The notes beneath the pieces are model-generated. The model made no database searches, was not told where the DNA came from, and worked only from the letters and a program-made list of their open reading frames with translations. Shown piece by piece: positions 52,149-61,045 of a stretch of 64,000 bases of DNA. Origin of the DNA: Alphaproteobacteria bacterium. Lineage in GTDB: Bacteria > Pseudomonadota > Alphaproteobacteria > MPNO01 > UBA830. Numbering within the stretch: position 1 is the stretch's first letter; each line of letters opens with the position of its first letter. The stretch covers positions 608,001 through 672,000 of the forward strand of contig OZ219791.1 in NCBI GenBank assembly GCA_964291215.2, in the 5' to 3' direction. The translations under genes and the position numbers were made by a program.

Positions 52149-52810
52149 GTGCCAACTTGGGAAAAGACAATCGGCGTGGTCACCGGAGCCCAAAGGCAGA
52201 GTTGGTACGAAGTTACCGTGACAGGGCAGGAGGCCATGCCGGCCCGACCCCGATGCCCCTGCGCAGGGATGCGGCGGTCGCGGCCGCCCGCATGATCGAT
52301 GCCGTTAACCGGCTTGGCCATGCCTTTCCGCCCGACGCCTGCGCGACCGTCGGTTTCATCGATTCGAGTCCGAACTCGCGCAACACGATTCCCGGCCGGG
52401 TCTTTTTCACCATCGACCTGCGCCATCCGGATGACGTGACGCTGGCAACGATGTGCGGCTGCCTGCGGGCCGATCTGACTGGGATCGCAGAGGCCGCAGG
52501 CTGCGTCGTCGAGATCGCCGATTTCTGGGAATTCCCGGCCACACCGTTCGACGAAACCTGCGTTTCCGCCGTGCGCAGCGCTGCCGGGCAGGGCGGTTAT
52601 CGCTGGCGCGACATTGTCTCCGGCGCCGATCACGACGCCGTCTACATCGCTCGTATCGCTCCGGCCGCCATGATCTTCATCCCGTGCGAGGGCGGCATCA
52701 GCCACAACGAATTCGAGAACGCCGTGCAGGCGGACTGTGCCGCTGGCGCTCAAGTACTGCTTCAGGCTGTGCTCGACCGTGCGACGGGCTGCGACAGCGC
52801 AGGGATCTGA
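52149..52810 (+). pseudogene. M20-family Zn amidohydrolase (N-carbamoyl amino acid hydrolase-like), 5'-truncated
   Basis: IGVVTGAQ..WYEVTVTGQE / HAGPTPM..RRDA, NTIPG, SGADHDA, GISHN. The N-terminal half is missing at the IS66 junction and there is a frameshift near 52235. Confidence 0.85.
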
Positions 52811-54935
52811 ACGGCGCCAACTCCGAGAGCGGGGAAGCCGCCATGGCTGGGCGCGCTTGGGGTGATATTCTTGCCTTTCAACCCAATACCATCGACTCTT
52901 CGTTCATGAGGCCTTATATAGTGGCCCATGAGAATTGGCCTTCGACATCTGTCCGCGACGACGGTTGATTGGTTGAAGGCGGCGTCGGTTGCCGAGGGCA
53001 GCACGCCCTGGCGCAGGGATTGTGCGAATGCGAGGACTGGCGCAACGCGAAGGGCGAGTTGTGCCTTGCTGCGTGCGGCCCTGCCTGGTCTTGCCTCGGC
53101 GCTCGGCATCGTCCTTCCTGCACCAAGGCCTCATGGCTTCAACACCGGAATCGTCGAGCGGGACTATCCCGACAAGGCACTCGCATGTCCTCTGAAGGAC
53201 CTTGGCGAGGTCACCGTGGAGCTGGTCGGCGACGGCGAGGACAAGCGCTTGGCCCGGTCGATGATGGCGACCTGGCATCCCGAGGGCGAGGCGCGCGCAC
53301 CCGGCGCCCGGGTGAGCTACTGGATCACCTCGTCGCGCTACGGCCGCCTCGGCGGCTTGGTGTTCTGTGCGGCCAATTGGCATCAGAAGGCGCGCGACGA
53401 CTTCATCGGCTGGTCCCAGGGAGCGCGTGATGTCCACCTCGGCAAGGTCGTCAACAACGCTCGCTTGCTGATACTTCCGTCGGTGAATGTTCCGGAGCTG
53501 GCCTCCCATGTCCTGGCTCGTGCTTGCCGGCGGCTTGCCGCGGACTGGCACGAGAAGTACGGCGTGATGCCGGTTCTGGCCTACACCTATGTGGGTCCCG
53601 GGCACACCGGCACGAGCTACAGGGCGGCAGGCTGGGAGCGTTGTGAGAAGACGACCTCGGGTCGACCTCCCGGGGCCACCGACCAGGGTGTGCAGCGCGC
53701 CGTGTGGATGAAGCCCCTGGCGCCTGACTGGCAAGACGTGCTGTGCCGGGAGCCCAGGCGTGTCATGGGCCAAGCTGCCCCCCTTGTTGATGATGACAAG
53801 ACCGACTGGGCGATGAGGGAGTACGGCCGTAGCAACCACAGTGACGTGCGCATCCGCGACCGCCTTGTCACCATGGGCGTGGAACGATCGTCCCGGAGAG
53901 ATCCTGCCGATGATCTTCCCCGGCGGGGCGGAGCAGAAGGCGGCCTACCGTTTGTTGTCGAACCCCAAGGTGACGATGGACCATATCCTCGAGGGGCATC
54001 AGGAAGCGATGGTGGAGCGCTGCCGTCCGCAGCGCCGGATCCTTGCCATCCAGGACACGACGTTCCTGAATTGCAATGGCCTGGAGGCGGGTCTTGCCGA
54101 CATCGGCGGCTCGGGTGCCCTTGGCATTGCGGCCCATGCCGGGGTCGCCTTCACCGAAGGCGGCTGTGCCCTCGGCCTGTTCCATCTCGACGCCGATTTC
54201 CGTCTCGATCCGGATCACGAGGAGGACGACAAGGAGAGCCGGCGCTGGCTCGACGGGTACGACAGGGCCGTGGAACTGGCCGCGGCCTGTCCCTCGACAA
54301 AAGTGCTGGTGATCTGTGACCGTGAAGGCGACACCTGGGACCTGCTGGCCCGGAGCACTGAGCATGGGGCTGGTCTGCTGGTGCGCGTCAGGCGCTCGAC
54401 ATGCCGCCGCGTGGTCACCGCAACGGGCGCGCACCGGGACCTTTGGGACCACATGGCCGATGAGCCGTGCATCGCGACCAGGCCGCTCGACATCGCAGCC
54501 TGCGGAGGGCTGTGCCGCCGCAAGGAGCGCAAGGGCCTCGAAGTCCGCACGGCAAGGGTCGACCTTGCGCCACCGGACCGGAAGCCCCGGGGAACGCCGC
54601 CGCTCTCCATGATGGCCGTACACGTCACGGAACCCGACCCACCGGCAGATCCCCTTGACCGGATGCTGCTCACCACCGAAGGCGACGTCACCGCTGCCGA
54701 TGCCCTCGACACCGTCTCCCTCTACGAAAGGCAATGGCTGATTGAAGAATACTTCAAGGCCCTGAAGGTCGGCACACGGATCGAGGACCGGCCAGGCCGA
54801 CGACCTGAGGAAGTGTCTGGCCTTCGACGCCATCACCGCCTGCCGCGTCATGACCGTCGAGCGTCTCGCACGCCGGCCAGCCGCATCGTCCACCGCGACG
54901 AGATCACGGCCCTGAACAACTACAAGATCGCTAAA

Positions 54936-56801
54936 TAGTGCCCGCGCGGAAAAGACCGTTTTGGCTGAGATTCCGGCGAAATTTCTGGTTTGATCGCCCT
55001 TCCGGGTCCCGCTCCGTTTTCGGGGGGATTCCTGCTGATTCGCGACGGTATCAGGGCTCTTCCAGCCGAGAAGCCGGACGAGCGGCTCCGTTCCCGCTCT
55101 CGGCGGGTGGGTGGGGTAGAGGGACGCCGCCGTCAGGCGGCGCGTTTTCGTCGTCGTCGGGCCCGTCTGTGCAACAGCAGGCGGTGGACATTGAAGGCGA
55201 CCATGGACAGCGCCACCATCCGCGCAAAGCCGTCCGCCCCACAGGACCTGGTCCATGCCGCGTTGCTCAAGATTGTTGATCGCCGACTTCACGTGCTGTC
55301 GGCGCGTCTCCCGGAACGTCGGGTCAGCTTCCCGGTCCACCCGACCAAGCTTTCTCTTCTTCGGCAGCGCGTCCAGCAGTTCGTCCAGTGCAATCCGAGG
55401 GCTGTGGAAACCGCGATCGAAACTGCACAGGTCGGGGAAGCGAGCCTGTGCTTCCCGGATCATGGGCACCGCATGGTCCACGTCACTGCCCTCCCACAGG
55501 ATCCGGTGGTGCAGGAGGAAGCCGTGCTGGTCCTCCAGCACGGCCACCGGCACGCCGAGTTCCACCGGCACTTGCCTTTCACGCACCAGCGCTCCTCGAA
55601 GATCGAAAACACCTTCTCTTCCTGCGGGATCTTCTCGCCTTAGGCGGCGGTCTACTTGGTCGATCTGCCGGCGGGCATGGTACGACTGGATCTTGAGAAT
55701 TCTCAAGGCTCCGACGCCTTTCTCCACAAGTGCCGGAACCGTCTCCTGCGCTCCAACTCCCGGCTGTCGTCGAGGTACCATCCTCCGAAGAGGCCCGCCA
55801 GATCTCTTCTGAAAGCGCTTCCCGCGGCTCCGATGCTGCCACTGCCGTCACCCCCGCGAGCACGGCTGCGCACCAGACAACGCATCGCATCCCACAGCAG
55901 GTTGACGTCCGTCGGGTAGTGCACCACGAACGAATCGCAGCGGCCCCGCAAGGGACCTTGCCGCTCTTGCGGACCATCGCATGGCCGCTCTCCGCCACCA
56001 GCTGCGATACCTTCTCTAGCACTTCCGGCGTCAGATGGCTCACGTTCTCCAGCACCGTCCGATAGCTGTACCTCGTGTTGTCCCGGATATCGCCGTGGTC
56101 CGGGAACTTCCGAACCGTCTCGTTCACCAGTTCGTGCAGATGATCGAGCATCCATGTTTCTTGGCAAGGTTTTTTGCGGGTGTTTGTGGTGATGTTTTCT
56201 GTGGTTGTCCACAAGCGGTGTGGGATTTGCTCTGCGAGCGAGGCGGCATGAAGCTTGTGGTCCCGGCGGCGGGTTGCCGTCCATTGGTCACGTGAACGCG
56301 GCTACCTTGCCGTCCCCGGGCATGGTAACGTGACTGTCTGGGTTCCAGGTGTCCCAAGGCGGTTCGGTCTCCTCGATGTCGGCCTCGACGATGATCTGCA
56401 GACATTCTCCCCAAGTCGTGTCGTAGAGGGAGACTGTCGATACAGTGCTTCAGGAGACCCATCACCAGGATCTTCCACTGCGCCGGGACGCCCTTTCCTG
56501 TGGGACACTCTCGGAAGAATCCCCTCCTCCAGGATCCTGAACAGCCGGGTCGGCATACACGTGCTGAATCCCGCGCATGTCATCCCGCGGGTCTTTGCTG
56601 AGATCGATCTTCTCGATCGCAACCTGGCCCAATTCCAGCTGCGGAACGTTTCGCATGGCAATTCTCGCGAAGTTTTCCGAAAATCCGGCGGATTCCCGGT
56701 CTGATCGGCCAATTCCCGCCCCAAAGCGGGATTATTCGTCCCCTTCAAATCACGATTTCACCAAAAAAATCAAGCGATTTTATATTTTTCCGCAGGCATT
56801 A
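54936..56801 (-). mobile_element. Decayed ISNCY (ISDol1-like) transposase element
   Basis: Imperfect inverted ends TAGTGCCCGCGCGGAAAA and TTTTTCCGCAGGCATTA. Remnants VELGVPV.VLEDQHGF.LHH, CSFDRGFHSP, SAINNLE.RG, RCDSFVV, HYPTDVNLLWDA. Confidence 0.7.
56145..56292 (-). repeat. ~150-bp dispersed repeat, copy 2
   Basis: Reverse complement of the 1477-1637 segment; it interrupts the ISNCY-like transposase. Confidence 0.8.
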
Positions 56802-56974
56802 GTTACAATTACCGAAAAATGCGGACACTCGATATGCTGAAATCAACGGACTCTATAGTGTCAGGTTGAAAACCCGGCGGCTTCGTTCCGGGTCGCCGCC
56901 GCGGGCGCCAGGCGCAGGGACCCGCGGTTGCGGCCCGTGGGCCGTCGGCTCCGGAAAGCGCGGCCCCGTGGACA

Positions 56975-57300
56975 GCCCGGTCAGTGTTCGTGGCCTGTAT
57001 TCTCCGGATCCGGTCCGGCCAGGTCGATCGGATGCAGGCCAGGATGTCCCAGATCTCGTCACCGGTCAGGACATCGCCAAGGCTGGACATGCCGCTCTTG
57101 AACCGGATAATGCCCCGCGCCTCCATCAGGACCTCTCCGCCGAATTTGGTGTAGTCGAAGAGAAGCTGATTGTCGTGGTGCCAGGTGTGGCCGCTCGCAT
57201 CGTGCGGCGGCGTGCTGTTCCGGTTCCGCACCGTCGCCTTCCTGCCCCAGAATCGCGCTCGGCGAGCCCTCCACATGTCGCCGTGATGTGGTGTTCGCGA
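56975..57300 (-). pseudogene. c-type cytochrome remnant
   Basis: PPHDASGHTWHHDNQLLFDYTKFGG...SGM......L...EIW.IL..I.STWP is typical of a small cytochrome c family. The signal peptide and CxxCH motif are not readable. Confidence 0.7.
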
Positions 57301-57323
57301 CTCCTGGGTCAGGCTGTCAAGGC

Positions 57324-58085
57324 TCATTGCACCAGTGGTATCTCCGTAGCGGCGATGTCGTAGCCGGAAATCCGGGCGCTCCCCGCGAGCAGCTGAACGT
57401 ATTGCCGGAAGGCCCGTCGCCAGGACGCCTCCTTCAGGTAATCAGCGACCTTGTCGGCAACCGCTTCGTAGGGGAGTGCCCGGCCGGGCAGGCACTTGTC
57501 AACGCGCACGACATGGATGCCGTAACGCGTCTTCACCGGCACCGGCGAGATCTGTCCGCTTTCCAGATTGAACAGGAAGGTCTCCATCTCCGGCACCGTA
57601 TCGCCGCGCGAAACCTGACCGAGCCGGCCTTCGCTCTGTTTCGAGTCGCAGGCCGAATGCGCCCGCGCCAACTCGCCGAAGCGGTCCGGGGTCTCGTTCA
57701 GCGCTTCGATCAGGTTCTGGGCCTGAGCCTCCGCCCTTTTCCGCCCCTCCTCGTCTTCCGGCGGGGCGGCGAGCAGGATATGCGCGGCCTCGACCAGGTC
57801 CGGGCTGCGGAATCGCGCGCCGTTGTTCTCGTAGTAGCGGCGGCATTCGGCGTCCCCGGGCTCGGGGATGTCCACTTCGCGCTCAATCACCGCGCGGAGC
57901 GCCGCCGCTTCGTCCTCCTCGTCGATTCCGACTGCGCGCGCCCGATCCAGCAGGAGCGCACGAATCACCAGCCATTCAGTGGCGGCGTGCCGCGCCGCGG
58001 GGGCGTCTTCGGCCGGGTGATACTGCATCTCGCGCAGGATATCGTCCTCTGCGATGAGCCGGTCATTGACTCTGATCTCGCCCAT
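57324..58085 (-). CDS. PpiC/parvulin-type peptidyl-prolyl isomerase associated with the nar operon
   Basis: EMQYHPA, AHIL, LARAHSAC.S...GRLG, TRYGIHVV. Confidence 0.9.
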   Translation of the reverse strand: MGEIRVNDRLIAEDDILREMQYHPAEDAPAARHAATEWLVIRALLLDRARAVGIDEEDEAAALRAVIEREVDIPEPGDAECRRYYENNGARFRSPDLVEAAHILLAAPPEDEEGRKRAEAQAQNLIEALNETPDRFGELARAHSACDSKQSEGRLGQVSRGDTVPEMETFLFNLESGQISPVPVKTRYGIHVVRVDKCLPGRALPYEAVADKVADYLKEASWRRAFRQYVQLLAGSARISGYDIAATEIPLVQ

Positions 58086-58092
58086 CGTCGCG

Positions 58093-58803
58093 TCAGGCTG
58101 CCCGCCGCCCGTCGCGGCTGCGGACCACCTGATAGCCGCGGCGCCCCAGATAGCCGACCGGCGCGCTCCAGATATGGACCAGCCGGCTGAACGGGAAGAT
58201 CAGGAAAATCGTGATGCCGAGAAAGATGTGCGCCTTGTAGACCCAGGCTACATCGACGACATGGATCGCGGCGTCGGCCTGGAAGGTGACGATCTTCTGG
58301 GCCCACAGCGACAGCGCGACCATGACCTCGCCGCCTTCGCGGTGCGCCCACGAGAACGGCAGGGTCGCCATGCCGAGCACGAGTTGCAGCCAAAGGAGGG
58401 CCAGGATCGCGATATCCATGGCGCTCGACGTCTTGCGGATGCGGGGGTCGAACAGGCGCCGGTGCAGGAGCATGGTCAGGCCGACAAAGCACACCGCGCC
58501 GAAGAAACCGCCGGCGGCGATTGCCAGCACCTGCTTGGCACCGGAGCTGAGGCCGAGGGCGTGGTAGATCTCCTGCGGGGTCAGCAGGCCGACGAGATGC
58601 CCGAAGAAGAGAAGCAGGATGCCGACATGGAATAGCACGCTGCCTACGATCAGCTGCCGGCGCCGCAGCAACTGGCTGGATCCGCTGCGCCAGGTGTATT
58701 GTTCGCGGTCGAAACGGATCAGGCTGCCCGCCAGGAACACGGTCGCCGCAAAATACGGGTAGTAGCCGAAGACGAGGATGTGAAACCAGTTACCCATGAT
58801 CAT
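58093..58803 (-). CDS. narI: Respiratory nitrate reductase gamma subunit
   Basis: YPY, RFDREQYTWRSGSSQLL, LFHVGI, GHLVGLLTP, FPFSRLVH. Confidence 0.96.
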   Translation of the reverse strand: MIMGNWFHILVFGYYPYFAATVFLAGSLIRFDREQYTWRSGSSQLLRRRQLIVGSVLFHVGILLLFFGHLVGLLTPQEIYHALGLSSGAKQVLAIAAGGFFGAVCFVGLTMLLHRRLFDPRIRKTSSAMDIAILALLWLQLVLGMATLPFSWAHREGGEVMVALSLWAQKIVTFQADAAIHVVDVAWVYKAHIFLGITIFLIFPFSRLVHIWSAPVGYLGRRGYQVVRSRDGRRAA

Positions 58804-59504
58804 GCTCCGTCCCGTTCGCCGCCGCGTGCGGCGAACGTGAGTTCCGCCATGCGGTTGAGAGTGTCGCGCACCGCCCCGCACGCGCCGTCGCCGGTGCCGG
58901 CAAAGGCCGGTGCTTCCTCCCAATCCTTGTCGATCTCCGCAGCTTCCTCCGCGGGCGGCTTGTCGTGCTCCAGCAGGCCCTCCACCACGGCGCGATCCGG
59001 TTTTCTGCCGGCCAGCTCCTCGAGCGCCTGGAAGATTCCGGCATAGTCGCTATGGCGACGCTCCAGCCGGATGCGGATCGCGGCGAGGATATGGGCCACA
59101 TCCGACAGCAGTCCGGCCGCTTCCTCGGGCTCGGTCAATGACAGGAATTCGAGGAAGAGCGGCAGATAGTCGGGCAGTTCGTTGACGTCAATGCTGTAGC
59201 CGTGCGCCTCGTAATGGGCCGCCAAGTTTATCATTGCCTGACCGCGATCGCGGGATTCGCCGTGGATGTGCTCGAACAGGTGAAGAGACAGGCTGCGCGA
59301 CCGGTCGAACAGGCCGACATAGGTCTCCTGCGTCGTCAACAGATCGCCGAGTCCGAGTCGTGCTGCCAGCCCGTCGATCGCGGTCCGCCCGCGCCGGGAC
59401 AACCGTTTCTCCGCATTGACGATCGCGGCGATCTCGCCCGCCGCGCCCGCCAGCTCGGCGGTCGGGTATTGCAAGAGCGCGCCGAGGGCGCGGTAGATTT
59501 TCAT
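58800..59504 (-). CDS. narJ: Nitrate reductase molybdenum cofactor assembly chaperone
   Basis: LLQYP, YVGLFD, SLHLFEHIHGESRDRGQAM, ELPDYLPLFLEF. Confidence 0.96.
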   Translation of the reverse strand: MKIYRALGALLQYPTAELAGAAGEIAAIVNAEKRLSRRGRTAIDGLAARLGLGDLLTTQETYVGLFDRSRSLSLHLFEHIHGESRDRGQAMINLAAHYEAHGYSIDVNELPDYLPLFLEFLSLTEPEEAAGLLSDVAHILAAIRIRLERRHSDYAGIFQALEELAGRKPDRAVVEGLLEHDKPPAEEAAEIDKDWEEAPAFAGTGDGACGAVRDTLNRMAELTFAARGGERDGA

Positions 59505-61045
59505 CACTCTGCCGCCGCGCCGACCGAGCGCCCGCCGGCGCTCGGCCCCACCCGCACGTCGTGGCTGAACAGGTCGATCTTGTCGCCGCCGCCGCTGCAC
59601 CCGTCGCCAAAGCTGAAACCGCACTCGCCGCGCAGGTCGAACGCCTCTTCAGCATATTCGCGATGGGTGGTCGGGATCACGAACCTGTCCTCGTAGTTGG
59701 CGATCGCCATGGTCTGGTACATGTCCTCGATGTCGGTCTCGGTCAGCCCGACCTGCTCCAGGGCGCGAGTTTCCCGCCGTCCGTCGACATGCTTGGCGCG
59801 CATGTAGACCCGCATGGCCAGCATCCGTTCCAGGCCCAGCCTGACGGGCCCTTCGTCGCCTGCAGTCAGCATGTTGGCAAGGTACTTGAGCGGTATGCGG
59901 AGCTGGGACACGTCAGGGATCAGCCCCTCCGAGCCCAGTATTCCGGTCTCTGCCGCCGACTGGATCGGGGACAGCGGCGGTACGTACCAGACCATCGGCA
60001 GGGTACGGTATTCCGGGTGCAGCGGGAAGGCGACTTTCCAGTCCATTGCCATGCGATAGACCGGCGAGCGCTGCGCCGCATCGATCCACGCCTGCGGCAC
60101 CCCGTCCCGGAGTGCCTGCCGGATCACCTCGGGATCGTGGGGATCGAGAAATATGTCGAGTTGCGCACCATACAGATCCTGCGGGTCCGCCGCCGCCGCC
60201 GCGGCTTCGATCCGGTCGGCATCGTACATCAGCACGCCGAGATAGCGGATGCGTCCGACGCAGGTCTCGGAACAGACGGTCGGTTCCCCCGCCTCGATCC
60301 GCGGATAGCAGAAGATGCACTTCTCCGATTTGCCGGATCGCCAGTTGTAATAGATCTTCTTGTAGGGGCAGGCCGAGACGCACATGCGCCAGCCGCGGCA
60401 CTTGTCCTGGTCGATCAGGACGATGCCGTCCTCCTCGCGCTTGTAGATCGCTCCCGACGGGCAGGCAGCGACGCAGGAGGGGTTCAGGCAATGCTCGCAC
60501 AGCCGCGGCAGGTACATCATGAAGGTGTTCTCGAACTGACCGTAGATTTCCTTCTCGACCGCTTCGAAATTCACGTCCTTGCTGCGCTTGTCGAATTCGC
60601 CGCCGAGAATTTCCTCCCAGTTCGGCCCCCACTGCACCTTTTCCATGCGTTTGCCGCTGATCAGCGAGCGCGGGCGCGCCGTCGGCGGGGTCCGCGACTC
60701 CGGTGCGTCCTGCAGATGCTCGTAATCGAAGGTGAAAGGTTCGTAATAGTCGTCGATCTGCGGCATGTCCGGATTGGCGAAGATCTTCGCCAGGATGCGC
60801 AGCTTGCCGCCCATCTTCGGCGCGATGCGGCCGTTTCTCTTGCGCACCCAGCCGCCGTTCCAGACATCCTGGTTCTCCCATTCCTTGGGATAGCCAACGC
60901 CCGGCTTGGTCTCGACATTGTTGAACCAGGCGTATTCCATGCCCTCGCGGCTGGTCCAGACGTTCTTGCAGGTCACCGAACAGGTATGGCAACCGATGCA
61001 CTTGTCGAGGTTCAGGACCTTGCCGATCTGCGCACGAACCTTCAT
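59504..61045 (-). CDS. narH: Respiratory nitrate reductase beta subunit
   Basis: NLDKCIGCHTCSVTCKN, PRLCEHCLNP.C, CRGWRMC, KCIFCYPR. Confidence 0.98.
   Translation of the reverse strand: MKVRAQIGKVLNLDKCIGCHTCSVTCKNVWTSREGMEYAWFNNVETKPGVGYPKEWENQDVWNGGWVRKRNGRIAPKMGGKLRILAKIFANPDMPQIDDYYEPFTFDYEHLQDAPESRTPPTARPRSLISGKRMEKVQWGPNWEEILGGEFDKRSKDVNFEAVEKEIYGQFENTFMMYLPRLCEHCLNPSCVAACPSGAIYKREEDGIVLIDQDKCRGWRMCVSACPYKKIYYNWRSGKSEKCIFCYPRIEAGEPTVCSETCVGRIRYLGVLMYDADRIEAAAAAADPQDLYGAQLDIFLDPHDPEVIRQALRDGVPQAWIDAAQRSPVYRMAMDWKVAFPLHPEYRTLPMVWYVPPLSPIQSAAETGILGSEGLIPDVSQLRIPLKYLANMLTAGDEGPVRLGLERMLAMRVYMRAKHVDGRRETRALEQVGLTETDIEDMYQTMAIANYEDRFVIPTTHREYAEEAFDLRGECGFSFGDGCSGGGDKIDLFSHDVRVGPSAGGRSVGAAAE

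Larger units (their letters stand above)
52875..56872 (+). mobile_element. DUF4338-IS4 fusion element, best-preserved coding copy (52928-~54935), interrupted by an ISNCY-like element
   Basis: Left end CTTTCAACCCAATAC (52875); right end AGTGTCAGGTTGAAA (56871). Domain order: DUF4338 (RDDFIGWS, VVNNARLLILP, TYVGPGHTGTSYRAAGW), Tn5-type DNA-binding domain (DWAMREY..SDVRIRDRL), DDE (IQDTT, CDREGD, WLIEEYFKALK). No TSD is evident. Confidence 0.88.

Noticed and set aside
47400-53800. Druantia anti-phage system (DUF4338/DruA)
   Set aside because: No DruE-type helicase or other Dru genes are present; the domains sit inside IS boundaries and are pseudogenised.
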